A DNA stretch of 64,000 nucleotides from an uncultured Sphingopyxis sp. Lineage in GTDB: Bacteria > Pseudomonadota > Alphaproteobacteria > Sphingomonadales > Sphingomonadaceae. The stretch spans positions 23,425 through 87,424 of the forward strand of contig CAKZIN010000093.1 in assembly GCA_936933955.1 (NCBI GenBank). The letters run 5' to 3'. A program made the position numbers and the translations under genes. Under the pieces are notes generated by a model, which worked only from the letters and a program-made list of their open reading frames with translations, did no database searches and was not told the DNA's origin. Each line of letters begins with the position of its first letter. Within the stretch, counting starts at the first letter, position 1. Shown here in pieces: positions 29,872-40,322 of this stretch.

Positions 29872-31365
29872 TCAGTGCCCGGAACCGAGCGCCTTGATGA
29901 TGTCGTCGACCATCTTCTTGGCATCGGCGAGCAGCATCATCGTGTTGTCGCGGTAGAAAATGTCGTTATCGACCCCGGCATAGCCTACTCCGCCCATCGA
30001 CCGTTTGATGAAGAAGACGGTCTTGGCCTTGTCGACGTCGAACACCGGCATGCCGTAGATCGGCGATTTGGAGTCGGTCTTCGCCGCGGGGTTCACGACG
30101 TCATTGGCGCCGATGATGAAGGCGACGTCGGCCTGCGCAAACTCGCCGTTGATATCCTCAAGCTCGAACACCTCGTCATATGGGACGTTCGCTTCGGCGA
30201 GCAGCACGTTCATGTGCCCCGGCATCCGTCCTGCGACGGGGTGGATCGCATATTTGACGCTGACCCCCTCCTTCTTGAGGAGGTCCGCCATCTCACGCAG
30301 GCTGTGCTGCGCCTGGGCAACCGCCATGCCATAGCCGGGCACGATGATGACGCTTTCGGCTTGGCTCATCATGTAGGCGGCGTCTTCGGCGGACCCGCGC
30401 TTCCACGGACGATCGGTCGCAGCCGCAGCGTCGTTTCCCCCGGCCTCGGCGCCAAAGCCCCCGGCGATGACGCTGATGAAGCTACGGTTCATCGCGCGAC
30501 ACATGATGTAGGAGAGGATCGCGCCCGAAGCGCCCACCAGCGCGCCGGTGATGATCATCGCCGTATTGCCGAGCGTGAAACCCATCGCCGCTGCCGCCCA
30601 ACCCGAATAGCTGTTGAGCATGCTCACCACGACCGGCATGTCCGCGCCGCCGATCGGGATGATCAGCAGGAAGCCGATGGCGAACGCGAGCAAGGTGATG
30701 ATCGCGAGGTAAGGCACGCTCGTCCCGCTCGGATCGAGCGCGTAGGCCGCGGTAAGCCCGACAATCGCCGCCAGCGTGCCGAGGTTGATGACGTGCCGCC
30801 CAGGCAACAGGATCGGCTTGCCGCTCATCTTCCCCGCGAGCTTGAGGAAAGCGATGATGCTGCCGGAAAAAGTGATCGCGCCGATGGCGACGCCCAGCGC
30901 CAGTTCCACGCGGCTGACAGTGTGAATCGCTCCGCCCGGATCAGCGATGCCAAAGGCTTGCGGGTTGAGGTAAGCCGACCAGCCGACCAGCACCGCAGCG
31001 AGGCCGACCAAGCTATGGAAGGCCGCGACGAGTTGCGGCATGTCGGTCATCGCAATACGCCGCGCGATGATCCAGCCGATCGCGCCGCCGATGCCGATCG
31101 CGCCGACGATTTCCGGCAGGGACGCAAGCTCATGCGTGACGAGCGTTGTTCCCACCGCCAGCGCCATCCCCGCCATGCCAAGCATGTTGCCCCGCCGCGC
31201 GGTCGTCGGATGCGACAGTCCCCGCAGCGCGAGGATGAAGCACACCCCCGCTACGAGGTAAGCGAGCGTCGCCCAGGGGTTCGCCGCGGCATGCTCCACG
31301 AGTTGTGGCAGCCCGGCGGGCTCGGCAATAGCCGGAGGCAGGGCGTCGGGAAGGCTCAACGCCAC
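29872..31365 (-). CDS. pntB: NAD(P) transhydrogenase subunit beta
   Basis: 497 aa. Polytopic N-terminus plus a C-terminal NADP(H)-binding domain. Confidence 0.9.
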   Translation of the reverse strand: MALSLPDALPPAIAEPAGLPQLVEHAAANPWATLAYLVAGVCFILALRGLSHPTTARRGNMLGMAGMALAVGTTLVTHELASLPEIVGAIGIGGAIGWIIARRIAMTDMPQLVAAFHSLVGLAAVLVGWSAYLNPQAFGIADPGGAIHTVSRVELALGVAIGAITFSGSIIAFLKLAGKMSGKPILLPGRHVINLGTLAAIVGLTAAYALDPSGTSVPYLAIITLLAFAIGFLLIIPIGGADMPVVVSMLNSYSGWAAAAMGFTLGNTAMIITGALVGASGAILSYIMCRAMNRSFISVIAGGFGAEAGGNDAAAATDRPWKRGSAEDAAYMMSQAESVIIVPGYGMAVAQAQHSLREMADLLKKEGVSVKYAIHPVAGRMPGHMNVLLAEANVPYDEVFELEDINGEFAQADVAFIIGANDVVNPAAKTDSKSPIYGMPVFDVDKAKTVFFIKRSMGGVGYAGVDNDIFYRDNTMMLLADAKKMVDDIIKALGSGH

Positions 31366-31369
31366 AGCC

Positions 31370-31651
31370 TCAGCGCTCCTTTCTCTTGTACATGGCGAGC
31401 ATGCGTTCGGTGACAGCGAAGCCGCCGAAGATGTTGATGCTCGCCAACACGACGGCCGCCAGCCCGAGCCACTTGGCGGCGACGCTGCCCGAAGCCGCGC
31501 TGGCGATCAGCGCGCCGACGATAATGACACTCGAGATCGCGTTGGTGACCGCCATCAGCGGCGTGTGCAGCGCAGGCGTGACGCTCCACACCACATAGTA
31601 GCCGACGAAACAGGCCAGCACGAAGATCGACAGGATCGAGATGAAGTCCAC
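31370..31651 (-). CDS. pntAB: NAD(P) transhydrogenase subunit alpha part 2 (membrane segment)
   Basis: 93-aa hydrophobic protein with a GTG start, immediately upstream of pntB. Confidence 0.8.
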   Translation of the reverse strand: MDFISILSIFVLACFVGYYVVWSVTPALHTPLMAVTNAISSVIIVGALIASAASGSVAAKWLGLAAVVLASINIFGGFAVTERMLAMYKRKER

Positions 31652-31665
31652 GGTTATGCGTCCCC

Positions 31666-32025
31666 CTAAATCTTCGAGTTCGCATATCGAGCGATCGAGT
31701 CGGCGACGCCGCCCACGTCGGCGAGAACGTCCGATGCCGCGATCCGAACGATTTCGAGACTCCCACGCTGCTTGAGGGAAAGGTCCCGACGCGCGTCCCT
31801 TATCGGGCGGTCAGCCATGTCATGTGCAATTCCGTCGATTTCGATGACGAGTCGTGGGCTGTGGCAATAGAAGTCCGTGGCAAAACCTCGCATCGGATGC
31901 TGGCGCCGGAATTTCAGGCCAAACGGGCGCGCGCGAAGGTGCTGCCACAACAACCCCTCTGGAAGCGAGGTGTTGGACCGAAGCCGCCGTGCGGCTGCGA
32001 TGGTAGTCCGGTCCGCGCCGATCAC
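31666..32025 (-). CDS. DUF559 endonuclease-domain protein (Vsr-like fold)
   Basis: LRxxxTxxExxLWxxLRxRxxxxKFRRQHP...DFYC...LVIEIDGxxH...RDxxL motif series of DUF559; 119 aa with a GTG start. Stop lies 14 bp before the pntAB start. Confidence 0.75.
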   Translation of the reverse strand: MIGADRTTIAAARRLRSNTSLPEGLLWQHLRARPFGLKFRRQHPMRGFATDFYCHSPRLVIEIDGIAHDMADRPIRDARRDLSLKQRGSLEIVRIAASDVLADVGGVADSIARYANSKI

Positions 32026-32031
32026 CCGTCC

Positions 32032-32160
32032 CTCCCCTGCAAGGGGAGATGGCAGCCGCAGGCTGACGGAGGGGTGAAGCCGTCTCCGACGAAGCGCGCA
32101 GTCTCAAGGGCGACACCCCTCCGACCCCGCCCCGCGGGGCCACCTCCCCTTGCAGGGGAG
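32032..32160. repeat. About 129-bp element bounded by inverse copies of a 17-bp hairpin motif (CTCCCC-TGCAA-GGGGAG / CTCCCC-TTGCA-GGGGAG); internal perfect palindrome GCCCCGCGGGGC
   Basis: Seen directly: 32032-32048 and 32144-32160 are reverse complements of each other. Palindrome at 32129-32140. Lies between the pntAA stop and the DUF559 start. Confidence 0.45.
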
Positions 32161-32179
32161 GGACTGAATGGCGCGCCCC

Positions 32180-33301
32180 TCACCCCGCCAGCCGTTCGTT
32201 GACGACGGCGCCGCCCTGCGTCAGGCGGATGGCGCTGCCGATTTCGTCGTCGAGAGTCACCTCCGCCCGCTCCTTATCCCAAAAGGCGGCGAGGAGGTTG
32301 TGGAGGTTGCGGGCGTAAAGCGCGCTCGCGTCACTGGCGAGCGTCGCCGCCATGTTGCGCGCGCCGATCAGTGTGACGCCGTGTCGTTCCACGCTCTCCC
32401 CCGCCAGCGCGCCCTCGACGTTGCCGCCGGTCTCCGCGGCGAGATCGACGACGACGCTGCCCGCGCGCATGGTGGCGAGCTGCGCGTCGCTGATCAGCCG
32501 CGGCGCCGCGCGGCCGGGGATTTGCGCCGTCGTGATGACGATGTCCTGCTTAGCAAGGTGCGCGGATACGAGTTCCGCCTGCGCCGCCTGATATTCGGGC
32601 GACATCTCGGTGGCATAGCCGCCGCTGCCTTCGCCTTCGATCCCCGCGACATTCTCGACGAAGATGGGCTTGGCGCCGAGGCTCATAATCTGTTCGCGGG
32701 TCGCTGCCCGCACGTCGGTCGCGCTCACCTGCGCCCCCAGCCGCCGCGCGGTGGCGATCGCCTGGAGGCCGGCGACGCCGACGCCCATCACGAACACCCG
32801 GGCAGCGGTGATCGTGCCCGCGGCGGTCATCATCATCGGCAGCGCGCGACCGAAGGCATTGGCGGCGACCAGCACCGATTTGTAGCCTGCGAGGTTGGCC
32901 TGGCTCGACAGGACGTCCATAGACTGCGCGCGGGTGATGCGGGGCATGAGGTCCATCGCCCAGCCCTCAAGGCCAGACGCGGCATATTGCTGCACCCGAT
33001 CGCGTTCGCGCAACGGATCGAACACCGCGAGCACGCGCGCGCCCTTGTTCGCCCCGGCGAGCGCGGCGAGCGGCGGGGGCTGGACCGCAAGGACCATGTC
33101 CGCGCTTGCCGCAACCTCATTCGCGGAGGCAACGACGGCTCCAGCTGTGCGGTAGTCGTCATCGGCGATGCCCGCTGCGACGCCCGCGCCGCTTTCGACA
33201 GCGACGCTCGCACCCAGCGCCATGAGCTTGCGAACCGTCTCCGGCGTGGCCGCCACCCTGTATTCGGCAGGGGCGGTTTCGCGCAGAACGGCGATCTTCA
33301 T
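32180..33301 (-). CDS. pntAA: NAD(P) transhydrogenase subunit alpha part 1
   Basis: 373 aa. Alanine-dehydrogenase/PNT N- and C-domains; NAD-binding GxGxxG (VMGVGVAG). Confidence 0.9.
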   Translation of the reverse strand: MKIAVLRETAPAEYRVAATPETVRKLMALGASVAVESGAGVAAGIADDDYRTAGAVVASANEVAASADMVLAVQPPPLAALAGANKGARVLAVFDPLRERDRVQQYAASGLEGWAMDLMPRITRAQSMDVLSSQANLAGYKSVLVAANAFGRALPMMMTAAGTITAARVFVMGVGVAGLQAIATARRLGAQVSATDVRAATREQIMSLGAKPIFVENVAGIEGEGSGGYATEMSPEYQAAQAELVSAHLAKQDIVITTAQIPGRAAPRLISDAQLATMRAGSVVVDLAAETGGNVEGALAGESVERHGVTLIGARNMAATLASDASALYARNLHNLLAAFWDKERAEVTLDDEIGSAIRLTQGGAVVNERLAG

Positions 33302-33314
33302 GCGCGGGCGAGCT

Positions 33315-33434
33315 TCAGGAGATCAGCCAGACGACGAGCGCCACGAGCAGCGCGACCGCAATAGTCGCATATTTCGCGACCCCGACGAACCCGCCGTATG
33401 TGCCGCGCGCCTCGCTCAGATCATTGTGCGCCAT
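33315..33434 (-). CDS. aa3-type cytochrome c oxidase subunit IV-like small membrane protein (39 aa)
   Basis: MAHNDLSEARGTYGGFVGVAKYATIAVALLVALVVWLIS, a single TM helix. The TY/F-GGF...K motif resembles PF07835-type bacterial CoxIV. It is the in-frame C-terminal tail of spurious track ORF 33315..34010. Confidence 0.45.
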   Translation of the reverse strand: MAHNDLSEARGTYGGFVGVAKYATIAVALLVALVVWLIS

Positions 33435-33594
33435 ATTCCCCTCGGTCGCTGTTTGCCTTGCGGTCGAGTGCCGCCTGACGACGCTTTGCCGTTGCTTGAC
33501 CCGCGCCGCAAGCCGCCCCGCACACTTAAGCCCGATTTTACCCTTCGCCATTATGTGAGCGGCTTCGGCGCGGTCGACCTGACTGCGCGAGGAC

Positions 33595-35031
33595 TTGGAC
33601 TTCGGCTTGACGACGCTCCACGGCGAACCGCTGGTGCTGCTGATCGACGGCGACGATGCGCGCGCGCGCTTCATCGCCGCCTCGCTCGCGCGCGTCGGGT
33701 GGAAGGCGCAACGCTTGGCGGACCCGAGCCGCGCGGCACCATGCTTAGCCGCGGCGTCGGGCGTAGTGACCGACGCGGTGTTGATTGCGAGCGACTTCGT
33801 GACCGACGGTCTCACCGAAACGGTGGCCGCGTCGCGCGCTATCCTGCCGCGACCGCCGGTCGTCGTGCACGCCACCGAGCCGCCCACGCTGGCGCACGTC
33901 GTCGAAGCACTTCGCAACGGTGCCGATGATATCCTGGTCGCGCCCCTGTCGGGTGAGCGGATCGACCGCGCGATGAGGGCAGCGCGGGCGGCCGTGCAGC
34001 GCGGCACCATGTCGAGTGCCCCCCTCTCCTTCGACGCGCTGCCTGCGCCTCAACTCGATGAGATCCCGGCAACGTCAGCTCCAATGAAGGAGGCGGTGAG
34101 GCTCGCGGGCCAGGCCGCGCGGGGCTGTGCGCCTGTCGTGTTGGTCGGGGAGCCAGGCAGCGGTCGCTGCATCCTTGCCCATGCCCTTCATCGGCATGCG
34201 GGAGAGGGGACGCCGCTCGTCACCTTCGACTGCGCGGATCACCCGCCGTCGATGATCGCGCCGCTGCTGTTTGGCTATGAGCAAGGGGCGTTCCCCGGGG
34301 CGTTCGAGCGCAATTCGGGCCGGATCGCGGGCGCGGAGGGCGGGTCGCTGATCATCCGCAACGCCGAGCTCCTTCCCGCCGACGCGCAGGCCCGGCTGGC
34401 GGAGTATCTCCACGGGGGATGGGTGCTGCCGGTCGGCGGTACCGTTGCCCATCGTCATAATGTGCGGCTGATTGCCTCTTCGACCACCAGCTTGCGCCGT
34501 CTCGCCGAGCGCGGAGACATGCGCGAAGATCTGGCCGCGAGGTGGAGCGTGGTGGAAATCGCTGTCCCGCCATTGCGGGAGCGTAAAGGTGACATCTGGT
34601 CGATAGCGTCATCGACGATTGCGCAGGTAACAAAAGACGGTTCCGACAGCCATTTGCTGTCCGATCCGGGGGTACGCCGGACGTTGGAAGAAAACCCTTG
34701 GCCGACAAATGTGCTCGGCCTGCGATCGACGATTTTGCGTGCTTACGCTACGTCAGCTTGCAACGGCTCCTTCACGCTTGGGGAAACGACTATCACCGCA
34801 CCCACCCCCGATATGGCCTCCACTGCTGCGAGTGATGTTATCGGGGGGACCCTCGAACTACTCCAGGCCGATGGGCACCTCCGCAGCCTGGATGCGATCG
34901 AGGCGGACGTCATCCGCCTCGCCATCCGCCACTACCAAGGGCGAATGAGCGAGGTGGCACGAAGGTTGGGGATCGGGCGGTCGACGCTCTACCGAAAGCT
35001 AAGCGAAATCGGCATCGACACCGCCGCCTGA
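33595..35031 (+). CDS. NtrC-family (sigma-54 activator-like) transcriptional regulator with degenerate receiver and degenerate AAA+ motifs
   Basis: TTG start. Domain order receiver-like - AAA+ - Fis HTH (SEVARRLGIGRSTLYRKL). Walker A is GEPGSGRC (consensus GESGTGKE). GAFTGA is replaced by GAFPGA. Walker B DE is replaced by RN (GGSLIIRNAELL). Confidence 0.7.
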   Translation: MDFGLTTLHGEPLVLLIDGDDARARFIAASLARVGWKAQRLADPSRAAPCLAAASGVVTDAVLIASDFVTDGLTETVAASRAILPRPPVVVHATEPPTLAHVVEALRNGADDILVAPLSGERIDRAMRAARAAVQRGTMSSAPLSFDALPAPQLDEIPATSAPMKEAVRLAGQAARGCAPVVLVGEPGSGRCILAHALHRHAGEGTPLVTFDCADHPPSMIAPLLFGYEQGAFPGAFERNSGRIAGAEGGSLIIRNAELLPADAQARLAEYLHGGWVLPVGGTVAHRHNVRLIASSTTSLRRLAERGDMREDLAARWSVVEIAVPPLRERKGDIWSIASSTIAQVTKDGSDSHLLSDPGVRRTLEENPWPTNVLGLRSTILRAYATSACNGSFTLGETTITAPTPDMASTAASDVIGGTLELLQADGHLRSLDAIEADVIRLAIRHYQGRMSEVARRLGIGRSTLYRKLSEIGIDTAA

Positions 35032-35043
35032 TCCCCGCCCAGA

Positions 35044-35439
35044 TTAGTGCAGAGCCTTTTCAATGTCGGCGATGCTCGCACCGGTCAATGTTTTCGAGAT
35101 TTCCTTCTCGATCACGGCTTCGGTCTGCTTGTGCCAGTGCTTGCGCAGCTCACCCAACGCGCGCGGTGCAGCGATGACCACCAGCTTCTCGATCTTGTGA
35201 CCGAGCACCTGGCTGTTGAGATAGTCGGCCGCGTGCCGGACGTAGGCGTCCTCGCCATGCTGCCCGGGCTCCGGATTGGCGCTGCCCGAGCTCTTGCTCG
35301 CAGCCGGTCCGCCTTCGTCGGAAAGCTTGGGCGCGTCCATCGCGGTGAGGCGCATCTCCTGTTCGTTGCCGCTGTTCTTGAAGAGGTTGAGATGTTCGCC
35401 ATCGATAACGGCGACGACGGCTCCGTGGGGCAGCAGCAT
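35044..35439 (-). CDS. host-attachment family protein (PF10116-like)
   Basis: 131 aa. The N-terminus MLLPHGAVVAVIDGEHLNLF resembles the family consensus. Assigned from memory of the family only. Confidence 0.4.
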   Translation of the reverse strand: MLLPHGAVVAVIDGEHLNLFKNSGNEQEMRLTAMDAPKLSDEGGPAASKSSGSANPEPGQHGEDAYVRHAADYLNSQVLGHKIEKLVVIAAPRALGELRKHWHKQTEAVIEKEISKTLTGASIADIEKALH

Positions 35440-35511
35440 GATGATCCTCTGGTTGTGAAAGTCGCTCCCTGAACGCGCGCAGCGCCGGGAGTTTCCGCGA
35501 GGCGAAGCGGC

Positions 35512-37887
<2,376 letters not shown>

Positions 37888-38012
37888 ACCATGAGTTTGG
37901 CTGGCCGCAAGATCGGGTGGCGACGCTGTCGCAATGACCACCAAGGCTTGTGGTGTGACTCGAAAGACTCAGCCGCGGAAGATTTGTCGGGCGCTGCCCG
38001 CCTTCGCTGCAG

Positions 38013-38043
38013 CTCCCCTCCCCATGAGGGGGAGGGGGGGGGG
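38013..38043. repeat. GC hairpin element CTCCCCTCCCC-ATGA-GGGGGAGGGG followed by a 10-nt poly-G tract
   Basis: Seen directly; G run at 38034-38043. Intergenic, between the ccrM start and the rnhB end. Confidence 0.4.
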
Positions 38044-38064
38044 AAGCTTAATCCAGGGGCAGCG

Positions 38065-38649
38065 CTAGAGCGCCAGCTCCAGCTGCGCGACCGGGGCAAA
38101 GCCGCGGCGGTGAAGGGGGCACGGGCCATGCGCACGCAGCGCGACAAGGTGATCGGGCGTGCCATAGCCCTTGTGGCGGGAAAAGCCGTAGGCAGGGAAC
38201 TCAGCGCACGCCGCCTCCATCAACCGGTCGCGGTGCTGCTTGGCGATGATCGACGCCGCGCCGATAGAGGCATCGCGCGCATCGCCACCGACCAGCGGCA
38301 CCGCGCGCCAACGCCACTCGGCGCGCCGCCCGGCGGGGGTGAGGTTGCCATCGACGCGCACCTCCTCGGGTTCCGCCCCCGCCGCTTCGCACAGGGAGAG
38401 CACCGCCCGGGTCATCGCCAGCATGGTCGCACCGAAGATGTTGAGAGCGTCGATCTCCTCGACGCTGGCGATGCCCACGCCCACGGTGCAACGCCGCAGG
38501 ATCGCCGCCTCCGCCTTGGCGCGAGCGGCGGCGTTGAGCGCCTTCGAATCGCCGATCCCCGGCGGCCGCGGCTTGCACAGCGCCACCGCCGCCGCGACCA
38601 CCGGCCCCGCCAACGGCCCCCGCCCGGCTTCGTCCACGCCGACGATCAT
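38065..38649 (-). CDS. rnhB: ribonuclease HII
   Basis: Internal ATG (MIVGVDEAGRGPLAGPVVAAAV) is the canonical RNase HII N-terminus with the catalytic DEAGRG motif. Start overlaps the stop of the upstream ABM gene (ATGA). Confidence 0.8.
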   Translation of the reverse strand: MIVGVDEAGRGPLAGPVVAAAVALCKPRPPGIGDSKALNAAARAKAEAAILRRCTVGVGIASVEEIDALNIFGATMLAMTRAVLSLCEAAGAEPEEVRVDGNLTPAGRRAEWRWRAVPLVGGDARDASIGAASIIAKQHRDRLMEAACAEFPAYGFSRHKGYGTPDHLVALRAHGPCPLHRRGFAPVAQLELAL

Positions 38650-38939
38650 CGGACCCACATGTCGATCTGCTGGTCGAGCACGCGCTCCTTGTGCTCCACT
38701 GCGATCGCGTCGATCATGCGGCGGTAGAGATCGGGGTCGGCTCGCATCGCTGAACTTGCCTGACGGGTGGCGAGGTCGGGCCAGCGCGCGATCGCGACAA
38801 CACTTCCGTCTGCGCTTTTGAAAAGCGAGGAACCCAACGACCCTTGCCGCTTCAGATGCTCGGTCACCGCGGTCCACGCCTCTACGAACTGCTCCTCCCG
38901 TCCGGGCACGAGCGTCCAGCGATAGTAGATCGCGATCAC
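38646..38939 (-). CDS. ABM-domain (antibiotic-biosynthesis-monooxygenase-like) protein
   Basis: 97 aa; ferredoxin-like ABM fold signature (WxxxxEHxxS...F). Confidence 0.55.
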   Translation of the reverse strand: MIAIYYRWTLVPGREEQFVEAWTAVTEHLKRQGSLGSSLFKSADGSVVAIARWPDLATRQASSAMRADPDLYRRMIDAIAVEHKERVLDQQIDMWVR

Positions 38940-38982
38940 GCCTTAGCTCCCTCCCCGACGAGGAAAGGACCGGGAGAGGCGA

Positions 38983-40128
38983 TCATTCCACCCTCCATGG
39001 CGGGAAGCGGCGGTATTCGCCGGCTTGGTAGAGGCACAGCGCATTGCCCGCGGGGTCGGTCAGGCGGGCTTCGCGCCAGCCCCAATCCTCGTCGCGGGGT
39101 TGCTGGTCGAAAGCGACGCCTTTGCGCGAGAGATACGCCACCCACGCATCGAGTGCACCGCTTTCGAGGTAGTTGACCGCCCCGCCCGGCGCGGCATCGC
39201 TGTGCTCGACTGACAGCGTGGCGCCGTTAGCGGCCTCGAACCGCGCGTAGTGTTCGGCGGCAACGATCTGCTTCAAGCCGAGCTTGCGGTAGAAGGCGAC
39301 GCTCGCCTGCACATCGCGCGCCGGGAGCGTCACCTGATTGAGCGCAGGGCCAGTGAAGATGCCGTCGGCGCGCAGGTCGGCGTGACCCATCGGCCCCGCG
39401 CCCTGCCCCAGCCCCGGTGCTGCGTGAAGCGCCAGACGAACGACGTCGCGCGCACGAGCAACCGCGGGCACCAGCGCCATGCCCTGCGCGAGGCCCGTCG
39501 CAATCGCGCTCGCCAGCGTGCAGCCGGTACCGTGGGTGTGGCGCGTGTCGATGCGTGGCGCCTCCCACACCAGCGGCTCGGGAGCGTCCACGCCACCGAG
39601 GTAAAGCGTGTCGGTGAGGAGCTCGCCATCGTCGTGGCCGCCCTTCTCGATCAGAGCGCATCCGTGCGCCAAAACCGCCGCCACGCCGCCCAGCGCAGCC
39701 AGTTCGGCACGGTTGGGGGTAGTGATGGTCGCCCGGTTCATCAGCGCGCCAAACGCCGCAATGGTCGCCTCATCCGCGAGCACCGAGCCGCTGGTGGCGA
39801 CCATGACGGGGTCAAATACCACCGGAACGGCGCGCAAGTCGTCGCGGCAGAGCCTCTCGGCGACTGCCGCGCTCGTTTCCGCGCTGCCGATCATGCCGAT
39901 CTTGACCGCATCGACGCCGATGTCGGCGACCACGCTGTCGATCTGCGCGATGACGAAGTCGGTGGGGACGGGATGGACGCCCTGCACCCCGAGCGTGTTC
40001 TGAGCGGTCAGCGCCGTAACCGCAGTCATCGCATGCGCGCCGAGCAAACTGACGGTCTTGATGTCCGCCTGGATGCCCGCCCCGCCGCCGGAGTCGGACC
40101 CCGCGATGATCAATACCCGCGCCGTCAC
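38983..40128 (-). CDS. thiD: Hydroxymethylpyrimidine/phosphomethylpyrimidine kinase ThiD fused to a C-terminal VOC/glyoxalase-family domain
   Basis: N-terminal about 265 aa: VLIIAGSDSGGGAGIQADIKT...VKIGMIGS...VVFDPVMVATSG (ThiD/PdxK ribokinase fold). C-terminal about 125 aa: VOC-type beta-alpha-beta-beta-beta repeats (GIFTGPALNQVTLPARDVQASVAFYRKLGL...). GTG start overlaps the DUF1272 stop (GTGA). Confidence 0.7.
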   Translation of the reverse strand: MTARVLIIAGSDSGGGAGIQADIKTVSLLGAHAMTAVTALTAQNTLGVQGVHPVPTDFVIAQIDSVVADIGVDAVKIGMIGSAETSAAVAERLCRDDLRAVPVVFDPVMVATSGSVLADEATIAAFGALMNRATITTPNRAELAALGGVAAVLAHGCALIEKGGHDDGELLTDTLYLGGVDAPEPLVWEAPRIDTRHTHGTGCTLASAIATGLAQGMALVPAVARARDVVRLALHAAPGLGQGAGPMGHADLRADGIFTGPALNQVTLPARDVQASVAFYRKLGLKQIVAAEHYARFEAANGATLSVEHSDAAPGGAVNYLESGALDAWVAYLSRKGVAFDQQPRDEDWGWREARLTDPAGNALCLYQAGEYRRFPPWRVE

Positions 40129-40322
40129 GCTGCCGGCTTCGCCTTTTTCGAGCGCGTCGGGCGATCGACCAGCTCGCCGCCGCAGTTGGGGCAAACTTCA
40201 TCCATCGCGTCGGCGCATTCGGCGCAAAAGGTGCACTCGAACGAGCAGATAAATGCGCCGTGGAGGTGCGCAGGGAGCGGAGTTTCGCAGCGTTCGCACG
40301 CAGGCTTCATCGCAAGGCTCAT
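40125..40322 (-). CDS. DUF1272 zinc-ribbon-like small protein
   Basis: 65 aa with eight Cys: CERCETPLP...[33 protein letters not shown]. Confidence 0.6.
   Translation of the reverse strand: MSLAMKPACERCETPLPAHLHGAFICSFECTFCAECADAMDEVCPNCGGELVDRPTRSKKAKPAA

Noticed and set aside
28921-31413. 830-aa plus-strand ORF spanning the MipA end, the hydrolase and pntB
   Set aside because: Antisense artefact of high GC, with extreme Arg/His/Asp content. The minus-strand genes are well supported.
33315-34010. 231-aa track ORF
   Set aside because: Only its last 39 codons look like a real (CoxIV-like) gene. The upstream 190 codons are Arg/Ala/Ser-rich and antisense to the NtrC-like regulator.
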